From the NCBI GenBank assembly GCA_014905635.1, contig JABVCE010000029.1, forward strand, positions 1 through 64,000: a stretch of DNA of 64,000 nt, given 5' to 3'. Source of the stretch: Scenedesmus sp. PABB004 (lineage: Eukaryota). The position numbers were made by a program, and so were the translations under genes. Below, in pieces: positions 9,725 to 22,000 of the stretch (its first letter is position 1; the number at the start of each line of letters is the position of its first letter). The notes under the pieces are model-generated. The model ran no database searches. It was given only the letters and a program-made list of their open reading frames with translations, and had not been told where the DNA came from.

Positions 9725-11843
9725 TCACAGCCGGCCGGCGAGCTTCTCGCACTTTTCGGCGAGCAGCGTGAGCGCGTTGGAGAAGAGCGTGGGCGCGGGC
9801 ACGCAGCCGGTGGACTCCACGGTGAAGATGAAGTGGTCCTTGCGCTTGCGCAGCACGACCGCGTCGCCCCACGACTCGTGCTCCAGCAGCCGCCGCACCT
9901 GGAGGGGGCGGGCGGGAAGGGGTCAGGAGAGGGAGGAGGGTCAGGAGAGGGAGGAGGGAGGAGGGAGGGGAGAGGCGTGCGCAGGCAGGCAGGCGGGGCG
10001 GGCGGGCGCCCGCGCGCCGCCGCCGAGGCCGAGCGGGCGCACCCGCTCCAGCTTGTCCTCGTGCTGCCGCGCGTCGCCAGCGACGAGGCGGCCACGCTCG
10101 AGCGTGAACAGGCCCGGCACCGCCGCCGCGATGCCGGCCGCCTCGTCGCCCGCGACCTCGCGCGTGAGCACCACCTCTGGCTGCAGGCGGTACCACGCCG
10201 TCGCGACGGGGCTCCACTTGGCGTGCTGCTGCCCCGTGCCCTTCACCGCGTGCGCCTCGAGCTCGATGCACTGCGCGGGCACCGGCGGGCGTGGGCGTGG
10301 GCGTGAGCGTGGGCGTGGGCGTGGGCGTGGGCGTGGGCGTGGGCCGCGGGCGTGGGCCGCGGGCGCGGGCAAGAGCGCGGGCGTTCGCGGCGCGGCCGGC
10401 TGGCGGCGGCTGCACGCCAGTCCGTGCCTGCCCGGGGCGCATCTTGGCGAGCAGGATGTTCCGCTCCACGTCAGCGGGCGGCGCGTCAAAGCGGCCCTCC
10501 TGCGTCGCGCTGAAGCAGCACCCTGTCTCGTCGGGCAGCTCGCTGCCGTCCGGCAGCCACACCAGGTCGCGCGAGTACACTGGGCGGACCGGCGCGGCGG
10601 CGGGGAGGTGAGCGGGCCGTGGGCGGGCGCCGCGCAGCGTGGCACCGCTGCCGCCCGCCCTGCGCGCGGCGCCGCACCCTTGTCGTTGAGCACGCTGCCG
10701 TCGGCCGCGCGGCGGCAGGCCACGTTGAGCCGGAACACCACCGTGTTGCTCTCGTTCGCCGCGCCGTCGCCGTCGGCGCGCCACTCGAGGCGGGTGGGGT
10801 CGATCGCGAGCGGCACGAGGCCCAGCCGGTGGCTCAGCACCTCGTCCTGCGCGGCGCGGTCGCGCGCGGGCGGGCGGGTGGGCGGGAGTGAGCGGCGCGG
10901 CACAGCGCGGCGGCGGGCGGCCCCCACATCTAACAGGCGACACAACAACACGCGCATCACGCGCGCCACGCGCGGCACGCGCGAGGCTCAGGGAAGCGAT
11001 GGTGTCCACATCCGGGCGCAGCGTTTGATCGGCGCCGGCCCTCGGTATAGCGACGTTGAAACGAGGTTGCTCGTCACCGCCTCGCGCGCGGCTCGCAGCG
11101 CGCCGCAGCACACGCAACAGCACGCAGCACGCACGCAGCTGTGGCGCGCCGCGCACGCACACACCGACACGCGCATCACGCCCGCGCGCGCCTGTATGAT
11201 GGAGGTGTTGTTGACGATGAACACGTGCTCGATTGCGACCGTGGGCACCTCGGCGATGAGGATGCGGCGCAGCGCGTTGGCGAGCGCGGGGTCGGCGCCG
11301 AGCATGTCAAACTCGACGCGCTCAGCGCTCAGCGAGTTGACCTGAGCGCGCCGGCGGCCAGCGGCGGCCGGGGCGGCCGGGGGTGGGCGCGGCGCTGCGG
11401 CGGGCGCGCGGGCGGGCTTCGCGGCACGGCGCGGCGGGCGGACCTTGATCTCGAAGCTGCTGCTCCATGCGTCAAAGTCCCACGCGTTGTCCACGCCCAG
11501 CGGCAGGTACTGCGACGCGCTCGTCGCGGTGGCCGTCTGCGGCGCGAGGCGGCCGCGCGCGGCGGCGGCGGCGGCGGCGGGTGGGCGCCGCGCCGCAGCG
11601 GCGGCCGCAGCGCGCGCGGTGTGCAGGAGCGGGCGCAGGGGCGGCCCACCGCCTGCGTGCGCGCGCGCGCGTGGCCGGGGCGCGGGGCCCCGCGGCGGCT
11701 GGCGAGCAGCGGCGGCGGCTCACGTGCTTGTTCACCGCCGGCCCGCACAGCACGTAGTTGCGCTGCGTCTCCAGCGGCTCCGGCAGCTGCCCCTTGGCCT
11801 TGGTCTTGTCCTTCTTGGGCTTGTTCTTGCCCTCCTTGCCCAT
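9725..11843 (-). CDS. RPAC1: RNA polymerase I/III subunit AC40, 7 exons
   Basis: EFDMLGADPALANALRRILIAEVPTVAIEHVFIVNNTSIIQ/DEVLSHRLGLVPL, LLAKMRPGQ/CIELEAHAVKGTGQQHAKWSPVATAWYRL and DHFIFTVESTG. Confidence 0.96.
10978..11088 (-). ncRNA. Intronic box C/D snoRNA in RPAC1 intron 3
   Basis: Perfect 10-bp terminal stem (CGCGCGAGGC/GCCTCGCGCG), box C GTGACGA (11077-11071), box D' CCGA (11045-11042) and box D CTGA (10991-10988). The D' guide CAACGTCGCTAT is complementary to the conserved LSU rRNA segment ATAGCGACGTTG. Confidence 0.85.
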
Positions 11844-12343
11844 CGCGCCGCCGCCGCCGGCGCGGCCGCCGGCTGCTGCTGCTGCCGCCGCCGCGGCTGC
11901 TGCGCGCCGCGCGAGCCCGCGCGCGCCGCGGCGAGGGCCGGCCTGCGAGAGGGGCCGGTCGCGCGCTGCCGCGGCAACGAAGCGCGTGCGCTGTCGGCCG
12001 CGCTGCGGCGGGCGCTCGGGCTGCTCGCGGGCGGTGGCTGGCTGCGACGGGCGCCGCGTGTTGGCGGTGTGGGATACGCGGTGACGCGCCCAGCGCGCCG
12101 CAGGTCGCGCCGCGCCGCCGGCAGGCGCGCAGCCGCCGCCGCGGGGCTCCGGTGCGGGGCGCAGCGCTCGGCGTCGTCGATTGTGGCTGCTCTCGATGGG
12201 CGCTAGAGATGGACAGTGACGTTCAAGCTCCCGAGGGGCAATGAATGGTTTGCAACCGCAGTGCGTGTGGCGAGTGCGCCGAGGCGATGGGCAGTGCGCG
12301 GCTCGACCCCCGGAGAGCGTGCCCCCGCTGCCCGCCCGCCCGC

Positions 12344-14741
12344 CTAGCTCGCGCCGCCGCCGGCGGCGCAGGCGCCCCACACGCACGCGCCGTCCATGTA
12401 AGTCGCCGTCACGCGCGGCAGCCCGCCGGAGAGGCTGCCGCCGTCGGCAAAGGGGTCCCGGTCCAGCAGTATGAAGTCGCCGCGCCGCCCCACGGTCAGC
12501 GCGCCCGCCCACGCGTCGAGCCGCGCCGCCGCCGCGCCGCCGGCCGTGTGCGCCAGGAGCACCGCCTCCAGCGGCAGCCGCTCCTCGGGCGCCGGCGGCG
12601 GCGCGCCCGCCGGCGGCGTGCCCGGCGGCGCGCGGTGCACGGCGGCGTGCACGCTCAGCCAGGGGTCGATCGGCACGACGGGCCAGTCCGACGCAAACGC
12701 CACGCGCGCGCCGCCGCGCGCCAGCGTGCCGTACGCGTGCGACCGCCCGGCGCCCGCGCGCTCCGCGCCCAGCAGGGGCAGCAGCAGCGCGGCGTCGCTG
12801 AGCAGGTGCTGCGGGTTGGGCACGCCGACGAGGCCCAGCGCGCCGAGCCGCGCCGCCGCGCCGGGGCCGCTGATGTGCTGCACGTGCTCGATGCGGTGCG
12901 CCACGCCCCGCCCGCAGCCGCCGCTGCCGGGCTCGCCGCCGCCGCCGCCCGCCTCGCCGCCACCGCCGCAGTCCTCGCGCAGCGCCTGGAACGCGTCCAG
13001 CACCTCGTCCACCGCGGCGTCGCCGATCGCGTGCACCGCGGCCTGCAGCCCCGCGCCCGCGGCGCCGCGCAGCAGCGCGCGCAGCTCGCCGGCCTCGATC
13101 GACCGCGCGCCGCGCGCGCCCGCGTCGCCGGGGGGCGCGTCGGCGCCCTCCGGCAAGTAGGGCTCCCGCATCAGCGCGCTGCGCGCTCCGAGGGAGCCAT
13201 CGGCAAACTCCTTCACTCCGCCCCATGAGAGGCGGCCCGAGGCCGCGTGGTGGTCGCCGCGCACGGCCACGCGGTGCGCGAGGCGCCGCCACGTGCGCAG
13301 CGGGACGTAGGCCGACACGCTGCGGCGCGGGGCGGCGCGGGCAGCGCGGGCGCGTGCGGCTCGGCGCGCAGCGCCGCGGCCCAGGCGCGCCCGGCCGCGC
13401 GCGCGTGCGGCGCGCACCGCACGGGCATGCCCCCCGCGTCTGCGGCGTCGTCGTACACGCGCTCCAGGTCGGCCCACGTGTTCTCCGCGGCGCCCCAGAG
13501 GCCCCAGCCCATGTCGCCCACGGCCGTCACGCCGCGCGACAGCAGGTGCCGCCCCGCGTCCGCGAGCGCGGCGCGGCGCGCCTCCAGGCTGGGCGGCGGC
13601 ACGTGCGCGAGCACCAGCCCCATGCCGGCCTCCCTGGCGCGCCGGCGGCGGGGCGGCCGGGCGGCCGGGCTCAGCGCCTGAGCTGCGCCGCCCCGCCGCC
13701 GGCCTGCGGGCGCGCGCACCTGAGCAGGCCAGTGGGGCGGCCCGTGTCGGGGTCGGCGTCGACGGTGCCGCCGGCCACGCCGGCGCCCGCGCCGGGCGCG
13801 TCCAGGCCCGCCAGGCGCAACGCCTCACTGCTCACGAGCGCCATGTGGGTGTCCATGCGCGAGAGAAAGGCCGGCCGCCCGCCGGCCGCCTGGCGCGTGC
13901 GGACGCACGCGGCGGGTGAGCGCGGGCGGCCGCAGCGCGCGGCTGGGCGCTGCCGGCGGCGGGTGGGGGCCGCGGCCGCTGGCGCACCTCGTCAATCCAG
14001 CTCGCGTCCGGCAGCACGGCGCCGCCCTCGGCCTCGCTCCAGTCGGCCTCGCTCCACCCCGTGCCCAGCAGCCAGGCGCCCGGCGGCGCGGCCGCCGCGG
14101 CCGCCGCGACGCGTTCTGCGACCTCCCGCCGGCTGGCCGCGCCACGCAGGTCGATCTGCGACAGCGACAGCCCGCCCGGGACGAGGTGCACGTGCGCGTC
14201 GACAAAGCCGGGCATCACAAACGCGCCGCCCAGGTCAATGACCACCGCGCCGCCGGCGTCGCCCGCGCAGCCGCCCGCGCCGCCGCCGCCCGCGCAGGCG
14301 CCGCCGCGCCCGAGCGAGACGACGCGCCCGCTGGCCAGGTCCACGGTGAGGCTGCTCGCCCAGCGCGCGTCGGGGTCGGGGTCGGCCGTCCAGATGCGCG
14401 CGTTGGCGTACGTGGCCAGCCGCGCCGCCGGCGCCGGCGCCCGCGGGGCGGCACCGCCGCCGGCGATCGGGGGGTGGTCCGCCGGCCCGCCCGCCTCAAA
14501 GCCCTGCGCCGGCGGCGGGCGGCGCGTCGGCGGCGCAGGGAGCCCGCTCCCTGCGGGCACGCGCGATGCGCAGCGGCGCCGCCAGCCGGCACCGCACCAG
14601 CGGGCAGCGCGTCGTCGCGTTGGCGGCCCCGCCGCCGGGCGGACGGCTGAGCGCCGCCTCCAGCGCCGGCCACCACAGGGCGAGCGCGGCGGCGAGCAGC
14701 GACGCCGACAGCAGCGCCGCGCTGCGGACGTCGACCGCCAT
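12344..14741 (-). CDS. Amidohydrolase 3 family (YtcJ/LAF3-like) metal-dependent hydrolase with N-terminal anchor, about 5 exons
   Basis: NARIWT, IDLGGAFVMPGFVDAHVH, LSRMDTHMALVSS, KEFADGSLGARSA, HAIGDAA, HRIEHVQH, FASDWPV and GALTVGRRGDFILLD. Confidence 0.9.
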
Positions 14742-15025
14742 GGCCAGCGAGGGCGGCGGACGGTGGCAGCGCGCAGTCCGGCGGCGGCGCGGCGTCGAGC
14801 GCGGGCGGCGCGCTGCCCGTTGCGGAGACGACCCCTGGTCCACGTGCATCCTCTGCGGGGATCGGATTCACCGCGGCGAGCTCCCCAGCGCCAGCGTCAC
14901 ACGCGGTTGAACGCGCCGCCGTCGTGCGCCGCGCTTCACTGCCCGCCCGATGCGCGCACCACTCTCCCGTGATGCCAACACCGCCGTTGTGAAGCTGGGG
15001 AGCCGCGCGCGCGCCCACCGTGCAC

Positions 15026-17353
15026 ATGCTGCGCGGCGCGGCGCTGCTGCCGTTGCTGCCGCTGCTGCCGCCACGCGCCGCGCAGCACGCGGCGGCCGCG
15101 CTCGCCTCGCTTCTGGGAGCAGCCGGGAGAGCGGCCGAGCTGGGCGCGGCCGCGCCGGCGGCGGTGCAGCATGGCGCTGGCGCACCGGCGCGGCGCTGCT
15201 CGTCAGCGGCAGCGGCGCACCACGGCGACGCCGCGGCGGCCGCGCCGCACGAAGATGACGTGCCAGGCGTGACGTACGCGGAGCTGGTGCGCCGCGCCGC
15301 GCCGCCGCCCCGCGCGCCCCGCGCGCCGCGGGGCGCCGCCGCCGGAGCCGCGCCGCCGGAGCCGCGCCGCCGCCGCGCCTGCCGCGCTGCAGGCGGCGAG
15401 CGTGTACCGCGCGACGGAGGAGGTCATCGGCCCGCTGAGCCTTGGCGACCTGGTGTTTGGGCTGCAGGCCGTCGCGGCGCAGCACGCCGCGAGCGGCGCG
15501 GGCTACGCCGTCTCGGGCACGTCCGACGCGTCCGCCGACGCGGACCTGCTCGCGTCGCTGCTCGAGGGCGCCGACGTGGCGTACGCGGCCTACAAGGCCA
15601 ACCCGCAGAGCGCGTGCGCGGTCTGCCACCTGCGCCTGCACAACATGCGTCGCTTCGTGCCAACGTCGACGCGGCTGCGCCCGGCCTACTTCATTGCGGT
15701 GGATCACGCGGCGCGGCGCATCACGTGGGCAATCCGCGGGACGAAGCGCGTCGCCGACGTGGTCACCGACATCTGCGGCGCGTCGACGCCGCTCGACGGT
15801 GGCCGGGCCCACTGGGGCATGCTACGCGCCGCGCAGGCGCTGCTGCGGGAGGAGATGCGGCACCTGTCCGCGCTCTCGGCGGCGCACCCGGGCTACGCGG
15901 TGCAGGTCGTGGGGCACAGCATGGGCGGCGGCGTGGCTGGCCTGCTGACCTACCTCATCAACACACGGTGCGCCCCGCCCGCCCCCGCGCCCCCCCCCCC
16001 CCCCCCCCCCCCGCGCCCCTCTGCGCCCCCGCCGCCGCGCGCGGGCCACGGCTCCGCGCGCCGCGCCGAGCCGAACGCCGGCCCCGCCCCGCCACGCGCC
16101 GCGCCGCGCGCAGGCCGCACCTGCGCCGCCAGCTGCGCGCCTGCCCGTCCGTCACCGCGCTCGCGGTCGCGCCGCCGTGCGTGATGAGCGGCGCGCTCGC
16201 GGCGGCGGCGGAGCCGTGGGCGACGTCGCTCATCTACAGCCACGACCCGGTGCCGCGGCTCAGCCCCGCGGCGGTCGCCGCGCTGCGGGCGCAGCTCGCG
16301 CGCGTTGACTGGGCGGGCCAGCTGCGCGCGCGGCTGCTCGACACCGAGTACAGTGCGGCCATCACCGCCGCGATCAGCAGCGCCGGCAGCGGCACTGCGC
16401 AGGCGGCGGCGCAGCTGCAGAAGCTCGCGAGTGAGCTGCTCGCGGGGCGGCAGCTGCAGGACCTCGCGCGTTTCGTGGTCTATGGCCGCCAGGGCGAGCC
16501 CGCCGCCGGCGCCGGCGGCACCGCTGCGGCGGAGCAGGCCGAGGCTGGCGCGCCGCTGAGCGGCGCGGAGGCGTGGGACGACGCGGCGGCGCACGAGGAG
16601 CAGGCGCTGGTCGCGCAGTGGCAGCGCCAGGTCGAGGCGTGGGAGCAGCAGCAGCAGGTCGCGGTCATCCGGCGCTGGGTCGACGACGTGAGCCCCGCGG
16701 CAGCGCGGCCGCGCCGCACGCCGCGCCGCCCTGTGCCCCGCTGACGCTTGGCGCCGCGCCGCCGCCCCGCAGGTCTCGCAAAAGCTGCTGCCCTTCGTCA
16801 AGGGCGTGCCGCTGCCGGACGCCGACATCGCGCGCGTCGCCGACGCGGCGGTGCAATCGCTGGCGCAGAGCCTCAGCGCCGTCGGGAGCAGCCTCGCGGC
16901 CGGCGGCGGCGCGCTCAGCAGCAGCCTGGCGAGCGTGGCCGGCGGCTGGAGCAGCAGCAGCGGCGGCACGAGCGGCGGCGGCGGGACTGCAAGCGCCGTG
17001 GCAGGCGCGGGCGGCACTGCGAGCTGGGAGGCGGCCGCCGAGTCGGCGGCCAGCAGTTTTGTGGAGGGCGTGGCGCAGCTCCGTGGCATGCTGCCGAGCG
17101 GGGATTGCGCTGAGAGCGCCCCGCAGCAGGCTGCGCAGCAGGCGGGGCCCAGCAGCGGCTGGGCGGCAGACCTGCAGGCCGCGGCGGGGCGCGCGATGAC
17201 CGTCCTTGCGCGGCCGGGGCAGCTGCTGGTGAGCTGCAGCAGCGCCGGCGGCGGCAGTGGCGGCAGCAGCGCTGGCAGCAGTTGGGGCTCGAGTGACGGC
17301 CTCCTGGGCCTGACGGCCGAGAGCATGCTGCAGTATTGGCGGGGGCGGGACAC

Positions 17354-17393
<40 letters not shown>

Positions 17394-18131
17394 CACCAGC
17401 AGGGGGGCGGCGGCGGCGGGCCGGGCGCGGCCAGCGAGCCAGCACCCGCCGGGGAGCCCAGCCTGCGCGACCGCGCCGAGGAGGCGGCGGTGGCGACCGC
17501 CGGCGCGGCGGCCAAGGCAGTGGCCGTGCCAGCGCCGGAGGCGGCCGCGGCCGCCACCGCCGCGGCCGCGGCCGGCGAGGCGTCTGGTGGCGAGGAGGCG
17601 CCGCTGGTCAACCTGTACCCGCCGGGGCGGCTCTACTTCCTTATGCGCGCCGAGGACCTCACCCCGGCGACGCAGCGGCGTGGCCAGCAGCAGGAGCAGC
17701 AGGGGCAGCAGCAGGAGCAGCAGGAGCACGGCCAGCAGCCGGACGACGGGCGGGACGGCGAGCGCGGCGAGGAGGGCGCCGGCGGCGGCGCCGACCAGCC
17801 GCTGCGCGACCCCGCGCTGGGCCGGCGCCACCCGCCGCTCGCTCTGCGCGCCGGCCCGCCGCCGGCGCCGGGCGGCAGGCTCGCGAGCGCGACGTCGGCG
17901 GCGGCGTCGGCGGTGGCGTCGCTCGCGGAGCGCGTGCGCCCGGGCGGCGGCGCGCCGCGCCTGGTGCCCGACCCGGCGGTGGCGGCGGCGGGGCAGCACG
18001 TGCTGCTGGCGGCGGGGCGCGAGGACAACTTCAGCGAGCTGGTCCTGCACCCCCGCATGTTTGAGGACCACCGCACGCGCAGCTACCGCGCCGCGCTGCT
18101 GGACCTGCTCAAGCGCGCCCATCAGGCGTGA
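15026..18131 (+). CDS. Class 3 lipase (DAG-lipase-like alpha/beta hydrolase) with long low-complexity insert, about 4 exons
   Basis: PAYFIAVDH...AIRGT, AHWGM, nucleophile GHSMGGG, HDPVPRLS, LYPPGRLY and MFEDHRTRSY (catalytic His). Poly-Q near 17355-17390. Confidence 0.88.
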
Positions 18132-18431
18132 AGCTGCCGGCCGGCGCGCGCCGAGGCGTGCTGGAGCTGGAGCTGCCGCGCCGGCCTCGCCTACCGGCTG
18201 CCCGCCGACGGCGCTGGAGGAGTTTATCCGGCGCATGTCGGCCATCGCGCCCGGCTGCGTGCTGCAGCGGTGGTGCGCCTGCGCCGCGCGCCCACGGCCG
18301 CGCGCGCGCCCGGCGCGCGCCGGGCCGCGGCCGCGGCTGCCGCCGCCGCGCCGTCGCCGCCGCTCAGTCGCGCCGCGGCCACCGCGCGCGCCCTGCCGCC
18401 AGCTCAAGCAGGAGGTGGCTTGCGGCAAGGT

Positions 18432-18515
18432 GGCGCGGCTCTCCGACGAGTTCTTGTCGTTGGGGGCAAGGAGGTGGCTTGCCCCAACGACAAGAACTCG
18501 TCGGAGAGCCGCGCC
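18432..18515. repeat. Near-perfect inverted repeat (38-bp stem, 7-nt loop)
   Basis: GGCGCGGCTCTCCGACGAGTTCTTGTCGTTGGGGGCAAG-GAGGTGG-CTTGCCCCAACGACAAGAACTCGTCGGAGAGCCGCGCC; the only defect is G5 versus C4. Confidence 0.95.
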
Positions 18516-19007
18516 GACAAGGATACGGGCGCAGAACGACGAGCACGCTCACGGTGGTGCGCGCCGAGGCCTGCTGGAGCTGGAGCTGCGGCGCCGGCAG
18601 CAGCAGCGGGCGCCGCCGCCGCGCGGCGACCGGGGCACTGCTGGCCTGGGCGGCCCGGATTGTGGCCTCCTGGCACGGAGCGCGTCTTTTTGAGCGCGCG
18701 CCGCGTGGCGCTGGCCGCTCCTGGCGCGGTGAGGAAGGCCACCGCGGTGCTGCGATGCAACTCTACGATCGTAGAATTGCCGTGCGCGCCTTCAGGCGAG
18801 CGTACGGGCCGCTCCCTTGCACCTGTCAGCGCACGCACCCGCGTCCGCAGCGCCAGCGAGCGCCAGCCCCAGCGCCCGTCGCCAAAAAAAAAGCGCCCGG
18901 GCCGACCGCGCCGCAAAGCAAGGCGCGCGCCGTCCGGGCCGCGTGAAACGGGGCGTGAGCAGCCCCTGGGCGCGTCGCCGCGGAGCTTGGCGGCCGCCGC
19001 GAGCAGC

Positions 19008-22000
19008 ATGGACGCCTCCTTCGGCCTCTCGCCGGAGGAGCTGCTCGCCCTGAACTCTGTGCGTGCCCGCGGCCGCTTCCCGCCCCTATCTCACCTCCAT
19101 GCGTGTCCACGCGGCGCGGCGAGGCCGATCTGCGCCGCCACGTGGGCGTTCCCTCGTGCCCACGGAACGCCACCGCTCGCCGCCGCTGCCGCCGCCGCGC
19201 AGGACAAGGACACCGCCGCGCTCAAGGGCAAGCATGGCGGCGTGCCGGGCCTGGCCTCCGCGCTGGGCGTGGACCTGAAGGCGGGCCTGGACGGCGACGG
19301 CGCCGCGGCGCGGCGGGCCGCGTTTGGGGCCAACACCTACCGCCAGGTCCCTCCCAAGAGCTTCTTCCGCATCCTCGCTGAAGGCTTCAAGGACCCCGTC
19401 ATCCTCCTGCTCTGCGCCGCCGCCACGGTGCGGCGCGCCGGGCGCGGCGCGCGCAGCCGGGCGTGCCGCGCGTGCGCGTGCGCGCAGGGGCATCCGGGCG
19501 CGCCGCCCACACGCCGCCCGCGCGCAGCTGTCGACGGTGCTGGGCGTCGCGATCGAGGAGGAGCGGCACGAGCGCAAGTGGATCGAGGGCATCGCCATCT
19601 GGGTCGCCATCTTCCTCGTCACCACCGTCAGTGCGTGCCGCGCGAGCCACGCGCCGCCACGCGCCGCCGCTGCCGGCCGCACGCCCCTCTCCCTCACCTC
19701 TTCCCCTGCCCGCGCCCTCTACCTCGCCCGCGCGCCGTCTCATCGCGCCCGCCCCTCCCTCCACCCCTCTCTCAACTCCCGCCAGGCGCGCTGAACGACT
19801 ACCAGAAGGACCTCCAGTTCCGCAAGCTCAACGCCCAAAAGGACGTCATCCAGGTCAAGGCCGTGCGGGGCGGCGCCACGGCGCTGCTCAACAACAGCGA
19901 CGTCGTCGTGGGGGACCTGCTGCTGCTCGACACCGGTGCGCGCCCCGCCGGGGCTGGGCCGGGCGGGGCAGGGGGCGGACGCGCTGGCGCGGCGGAGCGC
20001 GGGGCAGCGGGGCTGCCGGCGCAGCGGGGCTGCCGGCGCAGCGCGGGGCGCCCGGCGCGCGCGCCCACTCACCGTGCGCGCGCGCGCGCGCGGCCGCCGC
20101 CGCCAGGCGACAAGGTCGTGGCCGACGGCGTCGTGGTGGACAGCTTCGGCCTGGTCCTGGACGAGGCCTCGCTCACGGGTGGGCGACGCCCCGCGCGCAC
20201 GCGCCGCACGCGCCGCCCCGCCCGCCGCCCCCTGCCCCGCCCCGCCCCACACGCCTCCACGGCCTCCACGGCGCTCACCCGCCCTCCTCACCCCCCCCCC
20301 CACACACACACACCGCCCCGCCAGGCGAGAGTGACCCGATCAAGAAGAACGACGACGACCCCTGGTGCCGCTCCGGCACGCAGGCGCGCGCTGACGAGGC
20401 GCCGCACGCCGCCGGCCGCGCAGCGCGTCGCGCTCGGCCCCCCGCCTGCCGCGCGAGCCCGCCGGCGCTGCTCCCGTCGCCGACTCTGCACTCTCCCGCC
20501 CCCGCCCGCGCCCACGCGGCGCGCGCGCAGGTCAGCGAGGGCAGCGGCAAGATCCTGGTCACCGCCGTGGGCGAGGCGAGCGAGTGGGGCAAGACCATCA
20601 GCCTCGTCACGAGCTCGGGCGACGAGCAGACGCCGCTGCAGGAGAAGCTCAGCCACGTCGCCGCGACGGTCGGCAAGATCGGCGCCACCGTCGCCGCGAC
20701 CTGCTTCGTCGCGCTGCTCATCAAGTGGTGCGGCCCGCGCAGCGCCGAGCGCCGCACGCCCGCCGCGCGCCACGCGCCGCGCGCCGGTGGCCGCCGCGCG
20801 CGCGCCCGGCCTGCCTGGGCCGCCGACCGACCGACCTGCCGCCGCGCCCTGCCGCGCCGCCAGGTGCGTGGTGAACCGCGGCTTCCCTCTGAGCAAGATC
20901 AACCAGAACGGCCCCGTGCAGTTCTTCCTCTACAGCGTGGTGCGGCACACGGGGCGGCTGGCGCGGGCGACGACACGGGGCGAGGGCGGGGCCTGCGCGC
21001 TGGCCGTGCTGCGCGCGCGCGCGGCGCGCGCCCATCATGACCCCGTCCGCGTCCGCGTCGTGCGCGTGCGCCGCGTGCCCTCGCCAGACGATCATCGTCG
21101 TGGCCATCCCGGAGGGCCTGCCGCTCGCTGTCACGATGGCGCTGGCGTACAGCATGAAGAAGATGATGGCCGACCAGAACTTTGTCAGGTGCGTGGGGTG
21201 TCGGCGGATGGGTGTGGGCGGATGGGTGTGGGCGTGTGGGCGCGCGCGTGCGCGCCAGGAGAGGACGGCGTCCCCTGCTGCTGTGACACAGCAGCAGGGG
21301 GTCGGCCGCGGGCCCCGAGCGAACGACGCGCTGACCCGAGCGCCGCCGCGCACGCCGCGTGCCGCCGTGTGCAAAAAAAGGGTGCTCGCGGCGTGCGAGA
21401 CGATGGGCGGCTCGACCGCCATCTGCAGCGACAAGACCGGCACGCTGACCGAGAACCGCATGACGGTCACGGAGGGCTGGTTTGCGGGCGTGGCCCTCGA
21501 CCACGCGCCGGCAGCGGACGAGGTCCCCGCCGAGGCGCGGCGCCTGCTGGAGCTCAACTTTGCGCTGAACAGCAAGGCCTTCCTCATTGAGCACGGCGCT
21601 GACCTGGTCGAGTTTGTGGGCAACCGCACCGAGTGCGCGCTGCTCATGCTCGGGCGGCGCTGGGGCGCAGACTACAGGGCCGACCGCGACGCGCACCAGC
21701 CAGACATCGCGCAGGCGCGCGGCGCGGCGCGGCGCGCACGGCGGCGGCGCGCTCTCGCCCTCTCCCCGCGCGCGCGTGCACCCTCCCTGCCCCGCTCCTG
21801 CGCCCGCCCACCCGCCCGCCGCCCACCTCTCTCACACCCACGCACGCAGATGTACCAGTTCACGTCCGCCAAGAAGATGGCCAGCGTGCTGCTGCGCACG
21901 CCGGAGGACCTCCTCCTGCTCAACAAGGGCGCGGCCGAGTGGGTGCTGCAGCGCTGCGACAGCGTGCTCGTCACGCGCCCCGACGGCAGCACCGCGGCGC

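Noticed and set aside
12205..12260. Lower-GC patch with GTTCAA resembling a tRNA B box
   Set aside because: No cloverleaf or A box could be formed; more likely 3' UTR or promoter DNA between the amidohydrolase and RPAC1 genes.
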